A DNA stretch of 64,000 nt, taken from contig CAXWPH010000014.1 of assembly GCA_963666055.2 (NCBI GenBank), positions 32,001-96,000 on the forward strand. The letters are read 5' to 3'. Under the pieces are notes generated by a model, which was not told the origin of the DNA, did not search any database, and saw nothing but the letters and a program-made list of their open reading frames with translations. Of this stretch, positions 8,266-17,610 are shown one piece after another. The stretch's first letter is position 1; each line of letters begins with the position of its first letter. Position numbers and translations under genes: made by a program. Origin of the DNA: Acidobacteriota bacterium. GTDB taxonomy: Bacteria > Acidobacteriota > UBA890 > WLXD01.

Positions 8266-9288
8266 TTGCACCGCGACGATACGTCCGCTCCGCCTCCCGG
8301 GCCCTGGCAACCTCCAGATTGGCCGCCTGGTGAGCCGAGACCTCAAAGCGACTACGGCACCGATCCCCAGATGACGCTGGAGCTGCCGGCACTGCCGCCC
8401 CCGCGTAGCCGGCGACATATGGTGCTGTTCGCGCTGACCGTCCTGACCACCAGCTACTGGGGCTTCATTCAGTATCAGGTCTACTACCTCGATGACCTCG
8501 TCACGCTCAATCCCCTGTCCGAGCCCATGCTTTGGCTCGCCGGCCTGCCGTATGGGCTCGCTGTCATTGCGTTTCTCCTTGCACACGAGATGGGTCACTA
8601 TCTGGCTTGCCGGTACTACGGAATAGGCGCCACCCTGCCCTACTTCATTCCGATCCCACCCGTACCGGGGTTGGTGCTCTTACCCGGCACGATGGGAGCA
8701 GTGATCCGCATCGTGTCACCGATCAAGAGCCGTCGCGCCCTCTTCGACGTGGCCATCGCCGGACCACTCGCCGGCTTCGCGGCGGCGCTCCCCATACTCG
8801 CGGTCGGGTTGGCTCAATCACGCGTTGTGAATCTACGAGACCTGGGTGCCGGCACCATAACCATGGGCGAGCCGCTGATTTGGGGCCCGCTGAGTGCCAT
8901 CTTCGCGCCACCGTTGGGCCCCGAGCAGACCCTGCTCGCACATCCGCTGGCCTTCGTCGGCTGGTTCGCGCTGCTGGTAACCGCCATGAACCTCTTGCCG
9001 GTCGGGCAGCTGGACGGCGGGCATCTGCTCTACGCCATCACACCTCGCCTACACCGCGCCATATCTCTGCTGATGGTGCTGGTGATGGTGGTTGCTGGAT
9101 TGCGCTTCTTCAGCGGCTGGTTGGTCTTCGCGTTCCTGGTGCTGTTCGTGCTGGGAATACGCCACCCTCGCCCGTTGACCTTCGAGGGAAGTCTGGGCAT
9201 GACGCGATCGCTATTGCTTGTGCTGGCCATCTTCGTCTTCATGACTTCGTTCACACTCGTGCCGATAACGATCGACTTGAGCTTCTAA
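8266..9288 (+). CDS. Site-2 protease (M50 intramembrane metalloprotease)
   Basis: HEMGH, AIAGPLAG and NLLPVGQLDGGH motifs with multiple TM helices; start uncertain. Confidence 0.93.
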   Translation: MHRDDTSAPPPGPWQPPDWPPGEPRPQSDYGTDPQMTLELPALPPPRSRRHMVLFALTVLTTSYWGFIQYQVYYLDDLVTLNPLSEPMLWLAGLPYGLAVIAFLLAHEMGHYLACRYYGIGATLPYFIPIPPVPGLVLLPGTMGAVIRIVSPIKSRRALFDVAIAGPLAGFAAALPILAVGLAQSRVVNLRDLGAGTITMGEPLIWGPLSAIFAPPLGPEQTLLAHPLAFVGWFALLVTAMNLLPVGQLDGGHLLYAITPRLHRAISLLMVLVMVVAGLRFFSGWLVFAFLVLFVLGIRHPRPLTFEGSLGMTRSLLLVLAIFVFMTSFTLVPITIDLSF

Positions 9289-9328
9289 CCACTCTCAGCA
9301 GGTGGCCAGGACGGCAAGGAGGTGACCG

Positions 9329-10042
9329 TTGAGTACATTCGTTCTGATTCATGGCTCATGGCACGGGGCTTGGTGCTGGTACAAGGTCATACCTCTTTTG
9401 GAGCAGGCTGGTCATCGCGTCATTGCGCCCGATCTGCCGAGCCTCGGGAGCGACAAGACTCCGATTTCGGACGTGGCACCGAACACTTGGGCTGAGAGCA
9501 TCTGCCAGATCCTCGATGCAGAAATGGATCCAGTTGTTCTCGTAGGTCACAGCCGTGGCGGTATGGTCATCAGCCAAGTTGCAGAAGCAAGGCCACGGAA
9601 AGTCAAGACCCTCGTTTACCTAACTGCTTTTCTTCTTAGCGATGGCGAGTCGGTGTCGCAGGTCGCTCAGACGGATACAGCGTCACAGGTCGGTCCCAAC
9701 ATGATCGTCGACGAGGACCAAGGGTACGCGACAATTCGGGGGGAAGCGATTCGCCAGGCGTTCTACGGCTGTTGTGGCGATGAGGAAGTGGCGCTGGCGC
9801 GACTCCTGCTTCAGCCCGAGGCAATGGCTCCCCTCGGCTCACCGATTCACGTCACGCCGGGGAAATTCGGGCGGATCCCACGGGTATACATTGAATGTTT
9901 GCGTGACAAGGCCATAAGTCCGACAGTGCAGAAGCAAATGTACAGCGCAACCTCATGTGAGAGAGTCATTTCGATGGACACGGACCATTCACCATTCTTG
10001 TCGGCGCCGGTAGAACTCGTAGGTCACTTGACTTCGATGTAG
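9329..10042 (+). CDS. Alpha/beta hydrolase, methylesterase (SABP2/MES-like) family
   Basis: FVLIHGSWHGAWCW, GHSRGG nucleophile elbow, RVYIECLRDKAI and DHSPFLS; AAGGAGG SD before a TTG start. Confidence 0.9.
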   Translation: MSTFVLIHGSWHGAWCWYKVIPLLEQAGHRVIAPDLPSLGSDKTPISDVAPNTWAESICQILDAEMDPVVLVGHSRGGMVISQVAEARPRKVKTLVYLTAFLLSDGESVSQVAQTDTASQVGPNMIVDEDQGYATIRGEAIRQAFYGCCGDEEVALARLLLQPEAMAPLGSPIHVTPGKFGRIPRVYIECLRDKAISPTVQKQMYSATSCERVISMDTDHSPFLSAPVELVGHLTSM

Positions 10043-10052
10043 TGGATGCGCC

Positions 10053-10114
10053 GTCTAACACGCCATTGCAGACTGATCGGCTTCGCCCGGCAGCTGAATG
10101 GCAAGACGTTAGGA
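10053..10114 (+). mobile_element. Integron attC recombination site
   Basis: GTCTAAC (RYYYAAC)...GCCATTgCAG/CTGAATGGC inverted arms with one extrahelical base...GTTAGGA (GTTRRR); 62 bp, starting 10 nt after the esterase stop. Confidence 0.8.
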
Positions 10115-10532
10115 AGCACCGCCGATCGGCGGAAGAGGTATCGAACACGTGCAGTGGCGAGATCGACCTGTCGCGCGTGGCGGACCGCTCTTCGTGACCG
10201 CCTGGCGGCATCGCCAGTGCCTCCGAGATCCAACGGAGAGGCTGGGCGGAATCTCGGAGGCCGTGTACGTCTCACAGGTGTATGGACCCGTTCGAGCGCC
10301 CGCGAAAACCTCCTGCCTGATCCGGTCGGGCTGCCGCCCCGGACGATCTACGACCTACTCCGTAACGGTGAACTCCACCCCAGCCACCTCAGCAGCCTCC
10401 AGAAGCAACGCTAGCTGCTGCTCTGGGCGAGGTGGGCGATCTGGGTGCTGGGGGTGCGCTTCATGCGCGGGAGCCTACTCCGAGGGCACCCGGTCGATCA
10501 GCCCAGGCAATCAAGTGGCGCACGGATAACCG

Positions 10533-11009
10533 TTATCCATCACGAGTGCCAGCGGGGTCGGATCTGGAGCCGGGGACTAGTCGGGTCGCCGCCACCCGGC
10601 GGATCTCCTTGTCCTCGTCGCGCTTCATCATCCGCCACGCCGCGAAACAGCCGGCCGCGAGCAGGACGAACCCGACTGATGCGCCCAGGGTGATCGGCGG
10701 CGCATAGCCCCCTCTGACGGTGGCAACCGGCACCGCGACAGCGAGCCCCAGCGCCAGCGGTGTCCAGGCTCGGCAGATCCGTTGTCGGCTCTTACCGTAT
10801 GAGTAGGCGGACAGGAAGAAGTCTGAGCTGTTCACCGCCTCATCTCTCATGCGGCGGTACTCGGTGTCGTCGTTGGCTGCGTGCCGTCCAGCCAGTAGCC
10901 GCCATTTGAACAACTCGTCGGCCAGCCGATCTACCACGACGCCCAGGAGATACGTGGCGACGAGACCCGGCGCGATGAGCCACACCGGCGGGCTGAGCAT
11001 CGGCAACAT
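10533..11009 (-). CDS. Hypothetical membrane protein, probably 5'-truncated
   Basis: About 3 hydrophobic segments (YLLGVVVDRLADELF...RICRAWTPLALGL); no family recognised. Confidence 0.45.
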   Translation of the reverse strand: MLPMLSPPVWLIAPGLVATYLLGVVVDRLADELFKWRLLAGRHAANDDTEYRRMRDEAVNSSDFFLSAYSYGKSRQRICRAWTPLALGLAVAVPVATVRGGYAPPITLGASVGFVLLAAGCFAAWRMMKRDEDKEIRRVAATRLVPGSRSDPAGTRDG

Positions 11010-11064
11010 GGGCGGAAAGAGGGCTACGACGATGGCAACGACAAGCCCACCCGCTCCAGGCGAG

Positions 11065-11236
11065 TCAGCACGGCATTGGCGCTGAACGCTGCTCTATGGA
11101 TCGTCGCGCCGCCGCTTGCTTCGCACGCCGGCGCTCGCCTGGCATCGCGGAGAATGTTCTCTCGCTGCACGACACGACGAAACCGCCGCAGGGCGTGTTC
11201 GATTGACTCGCCGTCCTCGATGCGGACGAAAGCCAT
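11065..11236 (-). pseudogene. rpsU: Ribosomal protein bS21 homolog with an internal frameshifting deletion
   Basis: MAFVRIEDGESIEHALRRFRRVVQRENILRDARR continues in another frame as PGERRRAKQAAARR; the central HxFyxK segment is missing. Confidence 0.75.
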
Positions 11237-11451
11237 GGTTCGGTTTCCTGGTTGGGGAGCCGGGCGCGGAAGCGGTGCACCGTCTCCTGATCTTCTTGCC
11301 TGTGCACGAAGGGCGTGCCGTAGTGCGGCCAGAAGGAGCAAGCCTACCGACTTCGGGTCAGGCCGTCAAACGCTTTCGCGCCAGTCGCACCGGGCCGCCC
11401 GCAGCATCCTGGACCGCTTGTTGCCCACTCTCGGATCGACCGTATGAGTAG

Positions 11452-12351
11452 GCGGAACTCGCCTGGGTGGATCGTGATGGCCAACTCGAGTCGCTGCCCT
11501 TCGAGCCGCGTCAGTCTCGGTTCTTAGACCTCTCGCCGGATGACCAGCGCATCGCGCTCCAAATCCCCGGAGATGATGGGGAGTGGGACATCTGGATCTA
11601 CGAGATCGAACGAGGAGGCAGCGGGGTATTGCTGACTACGGAGGGCAACAACCGATTTCCCGTTTGGTCGCCCGATGGAGAGTGGGTTTTCTTCAGGTCG
11701 GATCGGGGTGGCAACAACGACATCTGGAAGCGCCGGGCTGACCGGAGTCTCGACGCCGAGCTGGTGTTGGATACAGAGGCTCCCGTGCGCCCGTCGTCGA
11801 TCTCGGACGACGGTGAGATGCTGCTATTTGTCAGCGGCCCCCAAGAGAGTCGTGACGTGGGGATACTGGCTCTCGATACAGGTGATACGGAATTGTTGGT
11901 CGATACCGCCGCCAATGAGGATTGGCCCAGTTTCTCGCCGGACGGTCGCTTCTTCGCCTTCATGTCGGGCGAGACCGGGCAATACGAGGTGTACGTGCGG
12001 GAGGTATCGAGCGGTCGGACATTTCCGGTCTCTACGAGCACCCGTGGTGGTGGGTTCCCTCTCTGGTCGCGGAATGGAAGGGAGATTTACTACGGCTCCC
12101 CCGTAAGCCCAGGCATCCTCGTCGCAGAGGTGGAGATGGAGCCGTTTTCCGCATCGGAGCCTCTCGAACTCTCGGACATCGTCATGCATCCCTTTTTCAG
12201 ATTCGATGTCACCGCCGATAGACAGAGGTTCCTGGTGGCGGTGCCCGCTGGTAGTGATGAGACCGGGGGCACGGCACGCGGAGCACGACTCAACGTGGTC
12301 CTCAACTGGTTCGAGGAATTGAACCGGCTGGTGCCGACGGGCGGCTCTTGA
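11452..12351 (+). pseudogene. C-terminal TolB/PD40 beta-propeller half of a Ser/Thr kinase-TolB protein
   Basis: LAWVDRDG, LSPDDQRIA, PVWSPDG, PSFSPDGRFFAF and PLWSRNGREIYY repeats with the family tail [16 protein letters not shown]. It begins directly after an in-frame TAG and has no kinase domain. Confidence 0.8.
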
Positions 12352-12495
12352 TGATCGGCAAGACCCTCGGCCACTACGAGATCCTGTCCCCGCTCGGTGA
12401 AGGCGGGATGGGCCAGGTGTACCGAGCACGCGACACAACGCTGGATCGTGATGTCGCCATCAAGGTGCTGCCGGAGGACTTCGCGGACGACGCTG
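12348..12495 (+). pseudogene. N-terminal fragment of a Hanks-type Ser/Thr kinase
   Basis: [47 protein letters not shown] (subdomains I-II); similarity is lost abruptly after that. Confidence 0.88.
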
Positions 12496-12505
12496 CCGTG
12501 GCCTG

Positions 12506-13162
12506 TTACGGACGTCTGCTTCGGCCTCGACGAGCGCGCTCCTGGCCGATGTTCGACGTGCGGCCTACGGCAGTGTCCGTTTGTTTCGTCAGGACCGCTC
12601 CGGGGCCGGCCACGGTGCCCGCCGAGATCGTGGTTTTGCCCTTGACCTTGCAAACACAGGTGAAGACATCCGTCTGGTCAAAGTTGCTCAGGTCGGCGTC
12701 GTCAGTTACTCGTAAATACGTATCTGGGAAGTTCTTGCTGAACTTATCCGTTCCTTTTACGAGCTTTCTGTTGCCGATCTTCCCGGTGCACGTCATCTTC
12801 CCATTGCCGCCAACGCCCTGGTTGTTGGTGTCGTCGTAAAAGAAGTCGCAGAACGCCGTCGCGCCGCTCACCCCGGCCAGAGGGCCGACCGGGACTTCGG
12901 CCGACCATGTCCCAGCGATGCCCGTGTCATCTTGGTCGGCCGTGTGACCCTCGGAATTCCCCACGGAGAGGATGCTGTCCTGCGGGCTGAAGCCCGCAGG
13001 CGCGTCACCCTCGCGCGCTCCGACCCAACCAACGCCCATAAGAGCCACCAAGACCAAACATACGAGGAAACGCGCGGGATTCGACAAGTTAATCCTCCTT
13101 GTGCCCTGGGTCACCCTCCGCCGTTTTAAGCGCTCGCGGGCCCAGAGCCTGGACGGCATCAA
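12506..13162 (-). CDS. Hypothetical exported Cys-containing protein
   Basis: Signal-like [18 protein letters not shown] followed by a beta-rich region with four Cys; the 3' end looks fused to unrelated DNA. Confidence 0.55.
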   Translation of the reverse strand: MMPSRLWARERLKRRRVTQGTRRINLSNPARFLVCLVLVALMGVGWVGAREGDAPAGFSPQDSILSVGNSEGHTADQDDTGIAGTWSAEVPVGPLAGVSGATAFCDFFYDDTNNQGVGGNGKMTCTGKIGNRKLVKGTDKFSKNFPDTYLRVTDDADLSNFDQTDVFTCVCKVKGKTTISAGTVAGPGAVLTKQTDTAVGRTSNIGQERARRGRSRRP

Positions 13163-13412
13163 ATAGTGGCTGGATCTCTAAAGGTCGGGTAGTCCGGGTT
13201 ACCTGGGCTACTTAATGGGAATGGGTCGACGGGGCGAGCGTGTCACCCCGAAACCTCGCAGAGCATGTCTATTCGCCTGCCGTCGGCATCTCGCTGGCCG
13301 CAGGTTGACAGCAGCGGCTCAGCTAATCCTGGCAGCGGCACGACCGAACTTCGTATGCCAACCGTGGCCCCCGGGCTTTCGATGGCTGCGCGGTCAGCAT
13401 CGTGATGTTCCC

Positions 13413-13509
13413 CGGCGAAGGCCGGAGTAGACAGAGCAACGCCGGGCGCGTGACGCTCGTCACCAACTGGTTCGACGAGCTGAAGCGGCTCGTGCCGACC
13501 GTTCCGTAG
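13413..13509 (+). pseudogene. Extreme C-terminal remnant of a second kinase-TolB gene
   Basis: RVTLVTNWFDELKRLVPTVP* is paralogous to the tail ending at 12351. Confidence 0.75.
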
Positions 13510-13780
13510 CGCGCTCAGCCGTCATGCTGCCGGCAGCTTCTGCCGATTCTTCACAACATGTGTGGGCGGTAGCGGTTCCTCACCATCGGGTCCCATCTGA
13601 TGCCCCCCGGGGGTGTGGTCGCCAGGGAATCGTCGCCGCTCCGTCTGCCGGCCTCGAACTAGCGGGGCAAGAAGCTGACCACCCACGGTCGGCTGATCCG
13701 TGCGGTGCGCGCTTCTGATGATAATGATTAAAATGGAAACTAGAGATCGCGACGTAAGCGCCGATGACTAAAGGGTTCGT

Positions 13781-14101
13781 CTACCGGCCGACGATTATGG
13801 AGAACGTCTCAGACCGTTTTCGCTGTCGGTAGGGCGCCGGATCGGGCTCGATGACGACACGCGCACCAGCAATTCCGGCCAAGGTGATCAGGTGCTCCAG
13901 CGTGGGCACTCGGTTACCTCTACACCACCCGTGCAGGCTGGCTGTCGACCTGATGCCGTGCGCAGCCATGTCCTGCCTGAACGCCGTGTAACTCCTCCCA
14001 TTCTTCAGCGTCATAGCCAGGTGACGAGCGTCTTCTGCACTTTCGAGGACCAGCGGCTCAGTCAGCTTGCCTAGTCCATCGGAGCGCTTCGTCTCGTGCA
14101 T
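13781..14101 (-). CDS. Small putative HTH (XRE/Cro-like) protein
   Basis: HGIRSTASLHGWCRGNRVPTLEHLITLA resembles XRE helix 3 plus the W..G.R.P.L..L..LA pattern. Confidence 0.5.
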   Translation of the reverse strand: MHETKRSDGLGKLTEPLVLESAEDARHLAMTLKNGRSYTAFRQDMAAHGIRSTASLHGWCRGNRVPTLEHLITLAGIAGARVVIEPDPAPYRQRKRSETFSIIVGR

Positions 14102-14371
14102 CGGTATGGGATTCCAGAGAGTAAGAAGGAACACTTACTGATTGTTACACGAGTTACAGTACACAGCTACCGCTAGCCCACGAGGAAGATTCGGTCGGGC
14201 GTGCGTTCAGCGAGCGGGAAACAGCGCCGCGCTGCGGGAGATCAGGACGTGCCCGAGCAGAGGGATTACTAGCGATCTTGTCGGGCGGGCTGGGGATCAG
14301 GGGTGACGTGTGTGGATGGGGTCACACGCTGCGGGCGCCGATGGCCTGAAAGCGTGTGGAGTACAAGGAAC

Positions 14372-15178
14372 TCACGGCCTAGACAGGCCGGGGTGGTGGG
14401 TAGGTGGACTCGTAGACAACTCACCGATGGGGCTGCTACATGAATACTCACGCCCCGTAACGTCGCTGAAACGAATCGTCACTTTGGTTCCCGGCCGTCT
14501 GTATTTCTCCGGATCGTCCGTGGCAAGAGTACAAACCATGAATCCCTTGATCTTGTCGCCCTTCTCGATTGGTTTAGCGAGTGCCTTTTCGCGGATCGAC
14601 TGTTGCTGAGAAAACTGAAAGTCGGACCTGTTCAGAAACGATCTTTTGATGGTCACACTGTCTGCATGATCCTCGATCGTCATCCTCTCAGGATTACCAC
14701 CGGCTGGCGTGATGTAGACCTCCCAATTGTCTGCAACGCTCGCGGCTCCACGGTTGGTAAGACAGGCGACAAAAAACACGGCTACATCGGTAGGTTGGCC
14801 ATCCTCCGCGTCCTTAAAGCCAACGCCGATACCGTCGTCTGCTGATAAGCAAAGCTCCGGGAACGAGAGTTCCTTGAGTTTCGTCTCAAGTTGCCTCTTT
14901 TCGGCGATCAGTTCTCGGCGTTGCTGCTGAAGATCGCTGACCGTCCGCGCTGCCCGATGCTCGGGCTCTAGCCAGGCCGCGTGCGCGAGGTGACACCCAT
15001 AGACAATCGCTGCACCTAGCACCCCCGCGATAACCGCCTCCCCCAGGGGATTCATGATGATCTGAGGGGGAAACAACAGCTTGAGTCCGCCGGACACGAT
15101 AAAGCCGCCGCACTCCCTTAATGGGAAGCGACCAACTCTGACTCTAGCGTCCTTCCAGTACCCGGAACCCTCCCGCAT
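14372..15178 (-). CDS. Hypothetical protein (TM + coiled coil + Ig-like beta domain)
   Basis: 268-aa ORF in visibly more AT-rich DNA; LQQQRRELIAEKRQLETKLKEL coiled coil; start uncertain. Confidence 0.55.
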   Translation of the reverse strand: MREGSGYWKDARVRVGRFPLRECGGFIVSGGLKLLFPPQIIMNPLGEAVIAGVLGAAIVYGCHLAHAAWLEPEHRAARTVSDLQQQRRELIAEKRQLETKLKELSFPELCLSADDGIGVGFKDAEDGQPTDVAVFFVACLTNRGAASVADNWEVYITPAGGNPERMTIEDHADSVTIKRSFLNRSDFQFSQQQSIREKALAKPIEKGDKIKGFMVCTLATDDPEKYRRPGTKVTIRFSDVTGREYSCSSPIGELSTSPPTHHPGLSRP

Positions 15179-15296
15179 ACGCCCACGCTAGTCGCGGCCG
15201 TACCCTTCGTCTAGGTAGCTGCCGGCGGCTCGGCAGAACAGTCTCGCTCCAAGAAACTGCCGAAACTCGCGGCCCTCGAAGATCGCTATCCTGAGA

Positions 15297-15541
15297 CGCA
15301 CCCAGAATGGTTACTCCTGGGTGCGTATAGGGTGCACTTCTCGTCACCACAGGCCACAGAGCCCCTTGGGCTATCTGGGTGCTGGCGGGACCGTCGAGGA
15401 GCCAGCAGCCAATTCTGCGCGGACCGTCGACAACGCGACACGCGGCCGCACCCAACGCGATTCCCAGGGTGCGTATAGGGTGCGGAATGAGCACCCGAAG
15501 GCTGACCCGCCCGCCGTAACTACTGACTCTAAAGGGGTTAC
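15297..15541. repeat. Cluster of GCACCC/GGGTGC repeats including a perfect 17-bp direct repeat
   Basis: GGGTGCGTATAGGGTGC at 15319-15335 and 15467-15483, each preceded by inverted CGCACCCA; GTAAC...GTTAC at 15516-15541. Confidence 0.7.
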
Positions 15542-15555
15542 AGACCCCGGCGAGA

Positions 15556-16410
15556 CTAGTCGCTGTAGTCGTAGAAGCCGCGCCCGCTCTTGCGACCGTG
15601 GTGTCCTGCAAGCACCATGCGCTTGAGCAGTGGGGGCGGCGCGAACTGCGGCGTCCTGAACTCCTCGAACATGATGTTGGCGATGTAGTACTTCGTGTCG
15701 AGCCCTACGAAGTCGAGCAACGCAAGCGGGCCCATCGGGTAGCCACAGCCAAGCTTCATGGCGTTGTCTATGTCCTCGGCCGACGCCAGCCCCTCGTCGA
15801 GCACGCGTATCGCATCCAGCATGTAGGGCACCAGCAAGCGGTTGACGATGAAGCCGGTGCGATCCTTGGTTACGACCGGCGTCTTGCCGATGGACTCGCC
15901 GAAGGACTGCCCTGCCTCGACGACCGCCTGATCGGTGAGCAGCGTGTAGATCACTTCGACGAGCTTCATCAGCTGCACGGGAGAGAAGAAGTGCAACCCG
16001 ATGAACCGATCCGGCCGCTTGGTTAGCACTGCCATCTCCGTGATGCTCAACGAAGACGTGTTGCTGGCGAAGATGGTGGACGCCTTGCAAGCCTCATCGA
16101 GAGCTGCATAGGTTTGACGTTTGATCTCGATGTCCTCGGTAACCGCTTCGATCACCAGGTCGCAATCGGCCATGTCGCCCAGCTCGGTGGTTCCTGTCAG
16201 CCGCCCTAGAACCTCGTCCACGTCGTCTTGTGTTGCCTTACCACGCTCGACTGCCTTGGCGAGGAAGCTGCGGATCCGACCCAGCCCCTTATCGACGAGT
16301 GCCTCATCGACTTCGCGGACGATCGTCTCGTAGCCAGCCTGGGCGCACACCTGCGCAATACCACTGCCCATGAGACCGCAACCGACAACCCCGACCTTCT
16401 CGATTAACAT
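15556..16410 (-). CDS. hbd: 3-hydroxybutyryl-CoA dehydrogenase
   Basis: GCGLMGSGIAQ, ASNTSSLSI, GLHFF, GFIVNRLL and YPMGPLALLD motifs. Confidence 0.93.
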   Translation of the reverse strand: MLIEKVGVVGCGLMGSGIAQVCAQAGYETIVREVDEALVDKGLGRIRSFLAKAVERGKATQDDVDEVLGRLTGTTELGDMADCDLVIEAVTEDIEIKRQTYAALDEACKASTIFASNTSSLSITEMAVLTKRPDRFIGLHFFSPVQLMKLVEVIYTLLTDQAVVEAGQSFGESIGKTPVVTKDRTGFIVNRLLVPYMLDAIRVLDEGLASAEDIDNAMKLGCGYPMGPLALLDFVGLDTKYYIANIMFEEFRTPQFAPPPLLKRMVLAGHHGRKSGRGFYDYSD

Positions 16411-16428
16411 CCCCGTCTCCCGCGACCG

Positions 16429-17610
16429 TCAGTCTACCTGCAGGCACATGGCGATCCCCTGGCCGCCGCCGATGCATGCGGTCGCCACCGCCTTGCCTCC
16501 GCCGCGGCGCCGCAGCTCGCGCAGCGCACTGTAGGTGATCCGCGTGCCCGTCGCCCCGAGCGGATGACCGAGCGCGATGGCGCCGCCGTTCACGTTGACC
16601 TTGTCTCGGTCGAGGCCGAGCTCCTTCTCGACCGCAAGGTACTGGCCAGCGAATGCCTCGTTAACCTCGATCACGTCGACGTCGCTGAGCTGCCATCCGG
16701 CCCGTTTCAGAGCCGCCTGGGTCGCTGGAACCGGACCGATTCCCATGATGCTGGGGTCCACGCCCACAGTGGCCCACGAGATGATTCGCCCAAGCCCCTC
16801 ATGCCCGTGCTCGCGTGCCCAACCGGCCGCGGCAACGATCATTGCCGCCGCCCCGTCGACCATGCCGCTGGCGTTGCCGGCGCTAACGAACGACTCTTGG
16901 CCGAACGCTGTTGGCAGCCCGGCCAGGTCTTCCAGTGTGGTCTCGGGGCGCAGATGGTCGTCGGTATCGATCACCATCGACTTGCCGCGCTTCTTGATCT
17001 CGACCGCAACGATCTCCTCAGCCAGCCGCCCCGCCTGCTGCGCGGCGTGGGCCTTCTGCTGACTCTGCAGCGCGAACTCGTCTTGCTGCTCGCGGGTGAA
17101 GCCGTACTTGCGCGCCAAGTTATCTGATGTCATCGACATCGTGCAGCCACAGTATGGATCCATGAGGGACTCGATCAAGGAGTCCTTCATCTCGGCAGCC
17201 CGCATGCGAAACCCCTGGCGCGCGCCGTACACCACATGTGGCGCCATGCTCATGTTCTCCATGCCAGCGGCGACACCGCAGTCGATCTCCTCGGTAAGGA
17301 GCAACTGCGCGATGGAGATGATCGACTGGATGCCGGAGCCACAAAGGCGATTGACCGTAAGCGCCGGAATGGTCTCAGGAAGGCCGGCCTTCAACGCGAC
17401 GTGGCGTGCACCGTACAGCGCATCGGTCGACGTCTGCATGGCGTTGCCGACAACGACGTGTTCGATGTTTTGCGGAGCGACGCCGGCGCGCTGCAGCGCG
17501 GCGCGCGTGGCAACGCTACATAGATCGATGGCGGAGGTTCGGGCAAAGTCGCCGAGAAAGCGTCGCATCGGCGTACGCGCGCCACCCAGCACCCACAGGT
17601 CGCGACTCAT
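16429..17610 (-). CDS. Acetyl-CoA C-acetyltransferase (thiolase)
   Basis: NRLCGSG, NEAF, GGAIALGHPLGATG and CIGGGQG motifs. Confidence 0.96.
   Translation of the reverse strand: MSRDLWVLGGARTPMRRFLGDFARTSAIDLCSVATRAALQRAGVAPQNIEHVVVGNAMQTSTDALYGARHVALKAGLPETIPALTVNRLCGSGIQSIISIAQLLLTEEIDCGVAAGMENMSMAPHVVYGARQGFRMRAAEMKDSLIESLMDPYCGCTMSMTSDNLARKYGFTREQQDEFALQSQQKAHAAQQAGRLAEEIVAVEIKKRGKSMVIDTDDHLRPETTLEDLAGLPTAFGQESFVSAGNASGMVDGAAAMIVAAAGWAREHGHEGLGRIISWATVGVDPSIMGIGPVPATQAALKRAGWQLSDVDVIEVNEAFAGQYLAVEKELGLDRDKVNVNGGAIALGHPLGATGTRITYSALRELRRRGGGKAVATACIGGGQGIAMCLQVD

Noticed and set aside
10046-10529. ORFs after the attC as a second gene cassette
   Set aside because: No SD-led coherent ORF and no second attC found; treated as debris.
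10524-10538. Palindrome GGATAAC-C-GTTATCC as a collapsed attC or operator
   Set aside because: Does not fit RYYYAAC, has no L boxes and occurs once; could be chance.
15340-15380. HRPQSPLGYL resembling the IS3 transposase C-terminal RPHSSLGY motif
   Set aside because: Too short, with no flanking DDE sequence or IS3 terminal repeat.
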